NCBI GenBank assembly: GCA_032128875.1
Contig: JAVLKG010000002.1
Span: forward strand, 224,001 to 288,000
Source of the DNA: Candidatus Melainabacteria bacterium 17Bon1m
GTDB taxonomy: Bacteria; Cyanobacteriota; Vampirovibrionia; Obscuribacterales; Obscuribacteraceae
Direction of reading: 5' to 3'
DNA length: 64,000 bases
Every line of letters starts with the position of its first letter. Position 1 is the first letter of the stretch. Positions 9,310-19,458 of this stretch are shown one piece after another. The notes under the pieces are model-generated. The model did no database searches. It worked only from the letters and a program-made list of their open reading frames with translations, and was not told the origin of the DNA. The position numbers and the translations under genes are program-made.

Positions 9310-10221
9310 ATGAAAAAACAGCAACCACTGCAAGTTGCCTTTCAGGGAGCGCCGGGTGCGTTCAGCCATAGGGCAGGTCAGATTTTTACACAGCAGAATA
9401 ACCTCGATGAAGACACGAAGTATGTGCCGTGTCGCTCATTTGATGAGGTCTTCGAATCAGTGCTCGACTATAAGTGCGCACTGGGCGTGATACCACTGGA
9501 AAACACTTCCATTGGATCAATCGTCGCCAATTTCGATTTGCTCTACCGGCATCCTGTAATGATGGTAGGCGAAATTTACATTCCCATTCACCATCAGCTG
9601 ATTGGATTCGAAGGGACATCACTCAAGTCGATTACATCGGTATATTCACACCCAGCTGCGCTCGACCAATGCAAGGTATTTCTCAAAAGTCTGCCGGCCG
9701 CAAAACCGCAGGCATATTGGGACACTAGTGGTGCTGCGCTTCATGTCAGCGCTTCCAAAGATCGCAAGTCCGCAGCCATCGCCAGTGAGTTTGCTGCGAA
9801 AGAAGCGAACCTCGCAATTTTGAAAAGAAACATTGAAGACCACGAGGGCAATAGCACTAGATTCGGTATCATTGTGCCGATCCCCGAGCATACGTCTGCT
9901 GACAGCAAGAAAAAGCCCGACCCGCGTGTGGCACCACTTGTGGAAGAAACAAGCAGAAAGTATCCGCTGAAAATGTCTTGTGTTGCTGAGCTTCCGCACA
10001 AGCCCGGAACCCTCGCTAATCTCCTCAATGGATTGGTGCACAATCACGTCAACCTCACCAAAATCGAATCGCGACCAGTACCGGATGCTCCTTGGCACTA
10101 CCGCTTCTTCCTTGATATGGTTCTCGATTCGAAAGAGAAAGAAGCGCAAGTTGTTGAAGAGCTAAAGCAACGAACCGAGAATCTAAAACTCCTCGGTCGC
10201 TACCAAATCTGGGAAGGCTAG
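9310..10221 (+). CDS. pheA: Prephenate dehydratase with C-terminal ACT domain
   Basis: VAFQGAPGAFSH, PLENTSIG, YSHP, NSTRF, NLTKIESRP. Confidence 0.93.
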   Translation: MKKQQPLQVAFQGAPGAFSHRAGQIFTQQNNLDEDTKYVPCRSFDEVFESVLDYKCALGVIPLENTSIGSIVANFDLLYRHPVMMVGEIYIPIHHQLIGFEGTSLKSITSVYSHPAALDQCKVFLKSLPAAKPQAYWDTSGAALHVSASKDRKSAAIASEFAAKEANLAILKRNIEDHEGNSTRFGIIVPIPEHTSADSKKKPDPRVAPLVEETSRKYPLKMSCVAELPHKPGTLANLLNGLVHNHVNLTKIESRPVPDAPWHYRFFLDMVLDSKEKEAQVVEELKQRTENLKLLGRYQIWEG

Positions 10222-10228
10222 TCCTTTT

Positions 10229-10374
10229 GTAGGGGCGACGCTATGCGTCGCCCGGTTTTATATGTGGCGATGACATGCATCATTCGTTTTCGTGGGGGCG
10301 CGTTGCACGCGCAGGTTTCCGTAGGGGAGCCGCATGCGGCTCCCTGAACAGGGAGGCACATGTGCCTCTCGTAC
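10229..10374. repeat. Cluster of 4-5 GTAG-type REP-like palindromes between convergent genes
   Basis: GTAGGGGCGACGCTATGCGTCGCCC (10229), GTGGGGGCGCGTTGCACGCGC (10292), GTAGGGGAGCCGCATGCGGCTCCC (10321), inverted GGGAGGCACATGTGCCTCTCGTAC (10351). Confidence 0.8.
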
Positions 10375-10389
10375 GATTTGCAAGGTAGC

Positions 10390-11844
10390 CTAGTGCTTCA
10401 CTGCTTCTTCTTCCTTGGCTTCCTTGTCTTTGGTTTCGCTTACGCCGAATATCTGCATCAGAGTTTTGTTATTGCTGGTGCTGATCTTCGCGCGGAGCTT
10501 TTCCAATCCTTCGCAGGTGAGGAAGTTGTGCCCGACTTTCAACTTGGTGACTGCTTCCTTGTAGTCCTTCGACTGTGTGTCTTCGATAAGTTGTTCTTTC
10601 AAAATTTGTGTTAGCACCTTCTGTGCTTCTTCGTCTTTGACGCCATTCAAAAAGCGTTCTGCAACTTGCCACGGACCTTCACCGGCTTTTTGCGTGCCGA
10701 TTTCAATGAGCTTGTTTTCGTCAACCACTCCGTTGATGTTTACTTCAGGCTTGTCTTGCTTGTTTTCGGTGGTTTCCTTGTCGTCTTTCTTCTCTTCTTT
10801 GTTTTCTACTTTGTCTTTGTCTGTTTCTTCAGAAGAGTCTTTATCGTCGTCTTCTTCTTTCTCGTCCTTCTGCTCGTCCTTGTTCTCTACTTTCTCTTCG
10901 TCTTCTTTCTCTTCAGTAGTCGATGTGCCTTCTTTTGCTTTGTTTACGATCGCGTCTGCGGCTTCCTTTCCACCAACAGCGCCGATGATTGATTCTTGCG
11001 TAATGAAGTGGTCATTTGCTGACCAGAAATCGTAATCGGTCTTTACCAAGGTCGAGTTGCTGTCTTTCTCGTTGTTCTTATCTTCAAATGTGAGTTTCAG
11101 ATTCTCTACAGCCTTCAACTCTTCAGCTGAGAATCTCGCTCTAAATCCTTCGCTGTTTTTGACCCGCTCGAGGAAATCATCTACTTCTTCGTCCGTTAGC
11201 TCGCCATCACCTTTTTCGCCACCGATTTCGTCAACCGCAGCGAACAGAGTTTTGTTCTTCACGAACGTTTCTGCGATTTGTCTATTGAGTTCTCTGGTCT
11301 TTTCGTAGCCAACTTCTTTGGCTGCGTTTTCTTTGCTGCTTTGAAGGACATCAGCTAGTTCGCTGAATTCAAGAACGTCTTCACCGCCGTAATCGTTCTT
11401 TCTCAAGAGGTCAGCAGCATTGCCTAGCAATGCAACTTGCAAATCATCGACTTTGTTTTCGCCTTTGCCATAGGTTTGTTCAAGTTCTTTCTTGTCGAAC
11501 ATGCGCTCCGCTTGGTGCGCGACCTCTTTGGCATCGAATTCGTCTTTGTCGTCAGGGTTAGTGAACTTCTCTTTGTTGTCGTTGAGATAGCCTAGAGAAA
11601 GTCCGGGTAAGAGGTCTGCTTTGCCGGTGTTACGACCGCTCAAAGCCATCATCATTTCGTTTTCCCAAGTGTCCTGCTCAGCAGCAGTGAGCGTCGAAGC
11701 ATTCTTCCGCTCCGCCTTCAGCAGGTCATAAGCTTCTTGGATCCCTTTGTGGCTGAAAGCATCACGGATTGCTTCTGCATCTTTTCTAGCGTCTTCACAC
11801 GCGGCATCCGTGTTCACATTCGCAGCCGTAGCATCGTTGACCAT
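10390..11844 (-). CDS. Acidic hypothetical protein with EF-hand-like loops and an E/D/K-rich linker
   Basis: ATG at 11844 preceded by GAGGA; KGDGELTDEEV loop; long charged low-complexity segment. Confidence 0.75.
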   Translation of the reverse strand: MVNDATAANVNTDAACEDARKDAEAIRDAFSHKGIQEAYDLLKAERKNASTLTAAEQDTWENEMMMALSGRNTGKADLLPGLSLGYLNDNKEKFTNPDDKDEFDAKEVAHQAERMFDKKELEQTYGKGENKVDDLQVALLGNAADLLRKNDYGGEDVLEFSELADVLQSSKENAAKEVGYEKTRELNRQIAETFVKNKTLFAAVDEIGGEKGDGELTDEEVDDFLERVKNSEGFRARFSAEELKAVENLKLTFEDKNNEKDSNSTLVKTDYDFWSANDHFITQESIIGAVGGKEAADAIVNKAKEGTSTTEEKEDEEKVENKDEQKDEKEEDDDKDSSEETDKDKVENKEEKKDDKETTENKQDKPEVNINGVVDENKLIEIGTQKAGEGPWQVAERFLNGVKDEEAQKVLTQILKEQLIEDTQSKDYKEAVTKLKVGHNFLTCEGLEKLRAKISTSNNKTLMQIFGVSETKDKEAKEEEAVKH

Positions 11845-12013
11845 TACAAGATCCTCGGTAGATATAGAGAAGTACAGGGGGATGATGGGAGCCAAAGGGG
11901 GTTGGCTCCGGGTATTCTGCAACTCCCACATCACAGCCAGATAACAGGCGGAATTTTGGCACCTGTTTGCCGTCTGGGTTGTTTTCAAGCGCGAATTTCA
12001 CTTCCCTGTTAGG

Positions 12014-13579
12014 ATGAACTTTGCGTTGGGTCAGCGTGACTATGTGATGGTGATGCTGCAATCTGGTGGAGATGAATTAGTCGTGAATGCGCCGACCGAA
12101 GCTTCTGAGCTTCGGATGACGGTCGCTCTTCCAGAATCTGCACAGAAGGTGATCAGCTACCGTGCTGGATACGGGCTCTCTTGGCTGTTCGCTTTAATGA
12201 CACTAGGGTTCTTCGTCTGGGCTGTCGTTTCAGGCGCCTGGTCTATCCAGCGGATCAAGTTCTTGCTGTTGCTAGATCTTCCAGCGCTGAGACTCTGGTC
12301 TGAAATTCTCTTGAGCTGCGCGTTGCCGGTTTTTGCCACGACACTTGGCTCGGTCACTCTGCTCGTCGCCCGCAATGCTGAGGCGCCATCTATCTCATAT
12401 TCTGAAAGAGGAATTACTTTCGACGAGCAGTGGAGCGACACGTTGCTCGGTATTGAAACAAGAGAGTGGTCTGACATTCATTCTTTGGAATGCACAGGAG
12501 TCGTCAGCCCTAAGAGTATTTCCGAGTGGAAGTATTTCGATGGATGCTCACTGATAATTGATTTCAAGTCCGGTGGCAGTGCGCTTCTTGAATTGGACCG
12601 GCTACAACGCAATGAAGTAGAAGAGTTGTTTTTGGCGGTTGAGAAGTGGTCTGATCAGTCTGTACTATCGCGCCGGGCCTTGCTTCTCGAACGTGGCTTG
12701 GCCGCAGTCGACAACGCAATCTCTTTAAGTTACACATCCATATGGACTGATGCACTCGAATCGCAGTTTGCAGCAACCAATTTCGTTCCGCTCAAAACTG
12801 CAAGCACCCTTCAAAGCGATCGCTACGAAGTGCGCATGCAGTTGGCATCAGGTGGACTGTCTGCGGTTTACCTGGCAAAGATGAAGCCGGATTCTCGCGT
12901 TGTGTTGAAAGAGTCGGTCCTGCCCCCCGACATAGACGACAAGACTCGCGCGAAGGCTAAGGAGCTTTTCGAGCGTGAGGGACGCTTGTTATCACGCCTA
13001 GAACACCCTCAGATAGCCAAAGTTTTGGACTTCTTTGTAGAGGGCGGGCGTGACTACATCGCACTGGAATACATTCCTGGCGTCTCGCTTCGCCAGTTCA
13101 TCAAGTCGGACAATTATCGCGATGAGAAATTGATCCTCTCATGGGCAGCGCAGATTGCGGACATACTTTTGTATCTTCACGAACTTGAACCACCTATAGT
13201 TCATAGAGATCTGACACCAGACAATCTGCTTGCGCGTGATGACGGAAAAGTCGCCTTAATTGACTTTGGCGTCTCCAACGAGTTCATCAGCCGCGCGACC
13301 GGCACCTTAGTTGGAAAGCAAGCATACATCTCGCCGGAGCAGTTTCGCGGTAAAGCGGAGCCCAAGAGTGATGTCTATTCATTTGGTGCGACACTTCACT
13401 TCCTCCTCACTGGCGAAGATCCTGAGCCGCTTTCTACTTCCCGGCCAAAACAATTAAAGCCGGAAGTAAGTCCATTCTTAGATGAGTTTATCGCTCAATG
13501 CACCGATATGGATGTTGAGAAGCGTCCTGATGCGCGCGCGACTCTTGAAACCTGTAGGCGCCTTTTGGAAAGATACTAG
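12014..13579 (+). CDS. Membrane-anchored Hanks-type protein kinase (atypical HRDLT/GK variant)
   Basis: Two TM segments; LASGGLSAVY, VVLKE, HRDLTPDN, DFG, YISPEQ, SDVYSFG. Confidence 0.9.
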   Translation: MNFALGQRDYVMVMLQSGGDELVVNAPTEASELRMTVALPESAQKVISYRAGYGLSWLFALMTLGFFVWAVVSGAWSIQRIKFLLLLDLPALRLWSEILLSCALPVFATTLGSVTLLVARNAEAPSISYSERGITFDEQWSDTLLGIETREWSDIHSLECTGVVSPKSISEWKYFDGCSLIIDFKSGGSALLELDRLQRNEVEELFLAVEKWSDQSVLSRRALLLERGLAAVDNAISLSYTSIWTDALESQFAATNFVPLKTASTLQSDRYEVRMQLASGGLSAVYLAKMKPDSRVVLKESVLPPDIDDKTRAKAKELFEREGRLLSRLEHPQIAKVLDFFVEGGRDYIALEYIPGVSLRQFIKSDNYRDEKLILSWAAQIADILLYLHELEPPIVHRDLTPDNLLARDDGKVALIDFGVSNEFISRATGTLVGKQAYISPEQFRGKAEPKSDVYSFGATLHFLLTGEDPEPLSTSRPKQLKPEVSPFLDEFIAQCTDMDVEKRPDARATLETCRRLLERY

Positions 13580-13599
13580 ACTGTCCGGAGGTTTGTTTT

Positions 13600-15174
13600 G
13601 TGTGGGAAAGTGAGCGAGTACTGAGACTTCCGGCCAGTGTGCCATCGTCGGGGCACTATGTTCTTCACTACAATCCAGAGCGCGCCACCTTTACCGGTGG
13701 TATCGCAGCCAGTGCGCAGAAACATTTTCTAGGTTTTGCCTCAACCGTGATTGCAAGTCTTGCAGTTTTACTATTTGGCTTTTGCGCCGGTTTGGGAAAC
13801 ATCGCGATAGGCTCAGTCTTTTGTTTGCTGCTTGGCGTTCTAGTCATGATTGAACTGAGCCGCCCGACAAATCTCGAGTTTACACAGCAGGGTTTTAGAG
13901 TGCACTGGTTGCACCAACTTTTCTATTACTCTGGTCCATGGATAAACTGGGATTCCGTCATATCTGTTTCGTACAGTGAAGCAAGTGTGCCCGGAATTGA
14001 GAATGCAGAATGCTTTGAGATTACATTTGACCAATCCGGCTATCCGATGCGCCTTTTCGAGCTGATGTCCGTTCCGATTACAGCCAAGTGCGAAAGTCGA
14101 AAATTGACGCTGCGCTTTCTGGAATGTGGTTTTTTTCAGGAAGATGATCGTCTGAACTTTATTCGTGCGTTGCGAATGAATGTACCTGACGAGAAGATCA
14201 ATGCCGAGTTTCTCGCGCATGAAACGTTTGGCGAGGTGCCATCATACACAGCGCTTTGGTTGGAAAATTTGCACGGAGGTCGTGATACAGAGACCGGTGT
14301 TTTGCCTGACGGGGTAAAACTTGCAGACGGCAGGTATCTTGTTGTGAAACGTTTGGGCTCCGGAGGGCAAGCTGTAGTTTATGACGCCGTCGAATCCTGT
14401 ACGAGCGATGCCATGCATCGTCCCCAGGAAATTGCCGCGCGCGCCGGCATCCAGCCGGCATCGGGCAGCTTTAATGCCGAAACAGCAGTTGTCCTCAAAG
14501 AGTTTGTCCTTCCCGTTCGTGGTGGCAGAGAAATTAAACGAAGGGCGATTCATAATATTCAGCGCGAAGCAAATCTCCTCAAGTCGTTTGACCACAAAAA
14601 CATTGTTGGATACAGAGATTTGTTCATCGAAGGCTCGCGTGCGTATCTAGTGATGGAGCGTATTTTTGGTGAAACGTTGCGAAGAAAAGTTGAATCATCA
14701 GGAAAATTTTCAGCCCAGCAAGTTGTTGGTCTCGCACAGCAGATGTGTGTCTTATTGGAGTTTCTCCACGGTAGCGATCCACCTGTGATTCATCGTGACT
14801 TTACGCCTGAGAATCTCATGCTCACCGATGATGGTCAGCTCAAACTCATTGATTTCAACGTCGCGCACAGATTGGAATCATCATCCACACGCACGGTAGT
14901 CGGTAAGCATGCCTATGTGCCGCCGGAGCAATTTCGCGGCAAGCCGACCGAGCAAAGTGACATCTATGCGCTTGGAGCCACCATGTTCTATTTGTTGACC
15001 GGTGAAGATCCAGAACCCATCACTCGCTCGGACCTCACTAACGATCCGACGGTTCCTCCTGAACTGGCATTATTAATTATGAAAGCCACAGAACCCAACG
15101 CGAGTGACCGATTTTTTACCGCTGAAGAAGTACTTGCATCGCTGGACGGAATAAATTCGCAGGATCTTTCTTAA
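13600..15174 (+). CDS. Membrane-anchored Hanks-type protein kinase, tandem paralog
   Basis: Two TM segments; LGSGGQAVVY, VVLKE, HRDFTPEN, DFN, YVPPEQ, SDIYALG. Confidence 0.9.
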   Translation: MWESERVLRLPASVPSSGHYVLHYNPERATFTGGIAASAQKHFLGFASTVIASLAVLLFGFCAGLGNIAIGSVFCLLLGVLVMIELSRPTNLEFTQQGFRVHWLHQLFYYSGPWINWDSVISVSYSEASVPGIENAECFEITFDQSGYPMRLFELMSVPITAKCESRKLTLRFLECGFFQEDDRLNFIRALRMNVPDEKINAEFLAHETFGEVPSYTALWLENLHGGRDTETGVLPDGVKLADGRYLVVKRLGSGGQAVVYDAVESCTSDAMHRPQEIAARAGIQPASGSFNAETAVVLKEFVLPVRGGREIKRRAIHNIQREANLLKSFDHKNIVGYRDLFIEGSRAYLVMERIFGETLRRKVESSGKFSAQQVVGLAQQMCVLLEFLHGSDPPVIHRDFTPENLMLTDDGQLKLIDFNVAHRLESSSTRTVVGKHAYVPPEQFRGKPTEQSDIYALGATMFYLLTGEDPEPITRSDLTNDPTVPPELALLIMKATEPNASDRFFTAEEVLASLDGINSQDLS

Positions 15175-15237
15175 CGCATCTCGTTGGTTGGAATTAACTC
15201 GTCGACTCGCAGTGAGTTGCTCAGCAACACACAGACG

Positions 15238-16896
15238 TCAGCACCTCAAGTTGCTCAGCATCGTATCCGCCGAGAGGCGATAACTCTGCGCGTCGCGCTG
15301 TTTTCCTTGCATCTCTTTCAAATTTGCAACTGCGAGATATGTTCTTGCGATGTCCGGGTGTCCAGGCAGAAGCAATTGCTCGCGGATCTGAAGGCTCTCG
15401 TTGAGAAGCTTTTCCGCGCTGTTAAATTGCCCCGAGCGTACTTTAGAGTCCGCCCAATTTGACAGGAGTTTTGCCTTTGCCAAACGATACGATGGTTTGT
15501 CGGAGCTTTCCGCAATTCTCATCCCTTCCTCGACTGTTCTCTCCGCCATGCCGCTTTCAGAATTCATTGAATAGACCAACGCAAGATCCGCCAATGTGAT
15601 TGCGAGTTGTTCTTCAAACTGTTTTGGCATCTCTTTGCGAACTTTGATAGCCTTTTGCAGATGCGACTTTGCATCATCGTAAGAGCCCTTTATTGTCTCG
15701 ATTTTTCCTTTCAATACTAGGGCCGCAGCAAGCGCGAGTCTTGGTCTTTGCGAAAATCGTTCGTTAGAGAAATTGTCCTGTGCAAGGCGTAACGCCTTCT
15801 CGGCGTGCACAAGAGCTTCGTCGTACATGCCCATGTCGTAATAGATGCAACCGATCGACTCATTGCAAAGCGACTCGACTTCAGAGTTTTGATGGGTATA
15901 TCTGATCTCGGCATCGATAAAAGCTCTCTGAGTCTTACTATCATTTCCTCTTCGCTCAGGTTTGATGTTCGGGCGACTGGCGAGCGTGCTCAAAGCTTTT
16001 TTGCTGCATTGAAGCGCTTTGGGATACTGCAATTGTTCTTGCGCAATTTCCGCTTCCAATCCATATGCAACAGCGGTTTCGAAAGAGCAGTCGCTCATCG
16101 CAGAGGCAATTTTGGTGTTGAGTTTGGCGACCTTTTCTGCCCATTTGAAGTTGCGGTCGCGCGCTAGCGTTCCCGCTACTGCGGGCAGGAAAGAGATGAA
16201 TGCGATAAATCCCAGGCATCCAACAATGAGCACGATAAATGCCATCAGATTTCCCGGAATGGGTCCGAATTGCCAGCTATTGAGACCGTTTTTCAACCAA
16301 ATCATTGCCGCAGCAAATGCAGCGAAGAGCAGTGAAACCTTCACCGATATGTACTTGTCTTTCGGCGCTGCTGCTATTGCTGCACCACTGCTGGAATTCG
16401 ATAGAACTTGCCTCGGTCCGATGTTTGAACCGAAAGAACTGGAACTTGTGCCAAACCTTTGATCGGGGCATTTAGCGATGAATAACATGAGAATTGCTAT
16501 GGCAAAGACCATTCCGACCGAATACTGATTGACGCCGGTCGAAAGGCAAGACACTCCAGGATCGCCTGGCTTGTAGTGGATGGAGATTTGTTTTCCTTTT
16601 GGGAACGCGGCAACCATCAGGTCGTGACTTTGAAGTTGCATGCCGCCGAATTTTATGCGATCGCTGTCGAACGTTTTTCCATCAACTACGTATTGATAGT
16701 GAATTTGGGCTTCGTCGCGTGTTCCGTGTTTTGTCTGCACTTTCTTGACGATGGAGCTGGTCACCTTTGCGTTGACTGTCGGCCACTTTTCGCTGGCGAC
16801 GCCAAGGATGGTCTCGTTGACTGCATACCAGGCGCATCCAATGGCGATTGCATAGCGCATAAACTGCAGAATCGAATACAGAACACTGGTGTTCAT
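15238..16896 (-). CDS. Membrane protein with DUF3592-like N-terminal domain and C-terminal TPR repeats
   Basis: WPTVNAKVTSS...YQYVVDG...IHYKPGDP; TPR repeats ending HPDIA. Confidence 0.8.
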   Translation of the reverse strand: MNTSVLYSILQFMRYAIAIGCAWYAVNETILGVASEKWPTVNAKVTSSIVKKVQTKHGTRDEAQIHYQYVVDGKTFDSDRIKFGGMQLQSHDLMVAAFPKGKQISIHYKPGDPGVSCLSTGVNQYSVGMVFAIAILMLFIAKCPDQRFGTSSSSFGSNIGPRQVLSNSSSGAAIAAAPKDKYISVKVSLLFAAFAAAMIWLKNGLNSWQFGPIPGNLMAFIVLIVGCLGFIAFISFLPAVAGTLARDRNFKWAEKVAKLNTKIASAMSDCSFETAVAYGLEAEIAQEQLQYPKALQCSKKALSTLASRPNIKPERRGNDSKTQRAFIDAEIRYTHQNSEVESLCNESIGCIYYDMGMYDEALVHAEKALRLAQDNFSNERFSQRPRLALAAALVLKGKIETIKGSYDDAKSHLQKAIKVRKEMPKQFEEQLAITLADLALVYSMNSESGMAERTVEEGMRIAESSDKPSYRLAKAKLLSNWADSKVRSGQFNSAEKLLNESLQIREQLLLPGHPDIARTYLAVANLKEMQGKQRDAQSYRLSADTMLSNLRC

Positions 16897-17136
16897 CAGG
16901 CACCTCGCTTTATAGAAACTCGCGCCGAAGCGTGCGAAGAGGGGGCTAAGCAGGGCTGCTTAGTCTTGGAATGAAACTGAGGGAGCGGGCTCAGGATTTA
17001 CCGATTCTACGCCCGCGCTTGACAACATGGGTGAATCGTAACAGAGCCTTCATTTTTGGGCTTTGCCCTACCTATTAATGGAGGACCTGAAGGCTATCAT
17101 TCTGAAAGTCGTCGATAACACACTTCAGATACGGAT

Positions 17137-18213
17137 TTACAGATACGGAACGTATCCGTGCTCGGAGGCGATTGCTTTGTCTTTTTCGGCTTCCACTTTG
17201 TTGCCTAGCTTCTCGTTCAGCTCTGCGCGAAACCACCGCGCATCGATGCAGTATGGGTCCAATTCTGCCGCCGTGTTCAATTCTTGCAAAGCATCTTCGT
17301 TGCGCCCAAGCCGTAGGAGTGAAAGTCCATGGACTGCGCGCATAGAGGCATCTTCGGGGAGCTTTCCAACGGCTTCTTCAGAGAAACGGAGAGCCGTTTC
17401 GTTATCTTTTCTCAGGAGATTCAGCTTGGCGTTTTGCAAACTCTTGATTGCATCCTCTCGCTTTGTTTTAGGTGTGGCGAGCTGAATGCATTCTTGCATC
17501 TTTTCCAAATCGCCCTTATGCGCGTAGAGATCTGCCAAGTCTAGATAAAGGCTTCCTTTGTCGTTGCCTAGTTCTAATGCCTTTGTCATGTCTGCGATTG
17601 CAAGATCTAGTTTGCCAAGCCGGTTATATGCGAATGCTCTGATCGCGAGAGTAAACACCAATTCATCACCGGACACAGAATCGATCACTTCGTTGCACAA
17701 GTCGAGAGCATCAGTGTTCTTGTTCATCGAATGTAGTGCGTGCGCTTTGTGTACCTTTGCTGTTTTGAGAGTGGGGCAGTGCTTTATGACGTGATCAATG
17801 TCTTTCAGCGCATCTTCGTACTTGTATTGCTGAGTATTTGCCAGCATGCGAATCAAATACGAACCCGGGTGTGTCTGCCCAAGCTCGATTGCTTTTGTAC
17901 AGTCTTCAACTGCTTCTGCCGATTTGCACAGTGCGTTGTTCGCTGTTGCTCGAATATAGTGACAGTAGCCAGTGTCACCTTCGAGTTTTAGTGCGGCATT
18001 TATTTTCTCGATTGCTTTCTCTGGCTGGTGCAAATTGATGTGGGCGAGTGCCGCATTAGCGAGAGCACTTTGATCGTTCGGAGTTTTCTCCAATAGTCGA
18101 TTGCTCAATTCAAGAAACGTCGGCCAATCCTGCTTCTCAAACGCTGTTTTCATTGCGTTCTGCTCTGTGGGTTCGAGCTTGTTCTTCACCCAGCTGATGA
18201 TGCGGTTTATCAT
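17137..18213 (-). CDS. TPR-repeat protein
   Basis: Consecutive TPR motifs; C-terminus EAEKDKAIASEHGYVPYL. Confidence 0.85.
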   Translation of the reverse strand: MINRIISWVKNKLEPTEQNAMKTAFEKQDWPTFLELSNRLLEKTPNDQSALANAALAHINLHQPEKAIEKINAALKLEGDTGYCHYIRATANNALCKSAEAVEDCTKAIELGQTHPGSYLIRMLANTQQYKYEDALKDIDHVIKHCPTLKTAKVHKAHALHSMNKNTDALDLCNEVIDSVSGDELVFTLAIRAFAYNRLGKLDLAIADMTKALELGNDKGSLYLDLADLYAHKGDLEKMQECIQLATPKTKREDAIKSLQNAKLNLLRKDNETALRFSEEAVGKLPEDASMRAVHGLSLLRLGRNEDALQELNTAAELDPYCIDARWFRAELNEKLGNKVEAEKDKAIASEHGYVPYL

Positions 18214-18242
18214 GGTTTCCTTTTGGCTCTCAGCACTGGGCG

Positions 18243-19430
18243 TTACAAGTACGGAATGTAGCTGAAGTCTAATGCGATCTTCTTGTCCTTCTCTGCTTCT
18301 TCTATGTTGCCCATTTTCTCGTGGAGTTCCGCGCGGAAGTAATACGCTTCGGCTTCATAGGAATCCTGTTCGATTGCTAAATCCAGAAAACTTTTTCCCT
18401 CTTCCATTCGATTGTTTCTAAGCAACATGAGTCCATGTGTGGAATTCAATGCAGATCTTTCTGGTCCAATTTTCACAGCTTGGGATGAACATTCTAAAGC
18501 GCGCTCTGTATTGCCTGACAACAGCTGTATTCTTGCTTCATTGCTTTCGACGTACCCGTGACGAACCTTCAATTCTCTTTCTTTCGCGAGTATCAACGAG
18601 ATAAACGCACTATCTAAATCTCCCTTTCGACCCAAAATGTAGCATCTGTTTATGTGAACTTCTGCCGAATCTGGTTTTAGTTCCAGGACCTGATCAAGAT
18701 CGTCGACTGACAGGTCAAGATTTCCCAGCCTGCAGTTGATTAGCGCCCTGAGTTGAAGAGCCGATGGTAGTAGTGCGGCATTGCCATTTATCAATACCGA
18801 TGCAACTTCTCTCATGGCTTCAATATTTTGATTTCTGGAGAAGTAAATATGCGCCTTTATTAGGCATGCAAACTCAGGTCGAGTCTGCAATAAAATTGGA
18901 GCCTCTGCATCATTCAGTGCCTGTTCATATTCGTATTGTTGAAAGAATGCGTTAGCTCTAAGCCAGTGGGCTACCCAGCTGGTCTTGCCGAATTTCATCG
19001 CTTGAGTTGCATCAGTTCTACATTGTTCATATTTACCAGAGAAAAGATTGGCTTCCGCCCGCAGGAGGAACAGATTTTCAAGTTTTCCACCAAGGTCAAT
19101 TGCTCGGGACGCATAGTCGATTGCTCTGTCATAGTCCTTGAGGGCGTATGCGCTGTAAGCCGCAAGAACTCTAGGATACTGGTCTTGCGGGAATGCACTA
19201 GTTTGTTTCTCACAGAGCTCAATTGCTTTTTCATATTTCTTGTTGTCGTACTCGATTTTTGCCCAATGGGAGCGGCCACGCCTAATTGCCCAATAACCGT
19301 AGGCCACAACTCCGCATCCTAAGCATATATACAACTTCGGCACGTACACAGCTGCACTTCCAACCACCCACAGCACAGCGATGACGACGGCAAGTACAAA
19401 TAGCAAGTCGGCTTTTGTTTCTGGTTTCAT
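18243..19430 (-). CDS. Membrane-anchored TPR protein, paralog of 17137..18213
   Basis: Two N-terminal TM segments; TPRs; C-terminus EAEKDKKIALDFSYIPYL. Confidence 0.85.
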   Translation of the reverse strand: MKPETKADLLFVLAVVIAVLWVVGSAAVYVPKLYICLGCGVVAYGYWAIRRGRSHWAKIEYDNKKYEKAIELCEKQTSAFPQDQYPRVLAAYSAYALKDYDRAIDYASRAIDLGGKLENLFLLRAEANLFSGKYEQCRTDATQAMKFGKTSWVAHWLRANAFFQQYEYEQALNDAEAPILLQTRPEFACLIKAHIYFSRNQNIEAMREVASVLINGNAALLPSALQLRALINCRLGNLDLSVDDLDQVLELKPDSAEVHINRCYILGRKGDLDSAFISLILAKERELKVRHGYVESNEARIQLLSGNTERALECSSQAVKIGPERSALNSTHGLMLLRNNRMEEGKSFLDLAIEQDSYEAEAYYFRAELHEKMGNIEEAEKDKKIALDFSYIPYL

Positions 19431-19458
19431 TGGAATCAGAGTAATAATCTTTCAACCA

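Noticed and set aside
10229-10374. CRISPR array
   Set aside because: Units differ in sequence and orientation, spacing is irregular and there are no cas genes; the pattern fits REPs.
15215-15260. Direct repeat AGTTGCTCAGCA at the convergent junction
   Set aside because: Only 12 bp and two copies; could be a small local duplication with no evident function.
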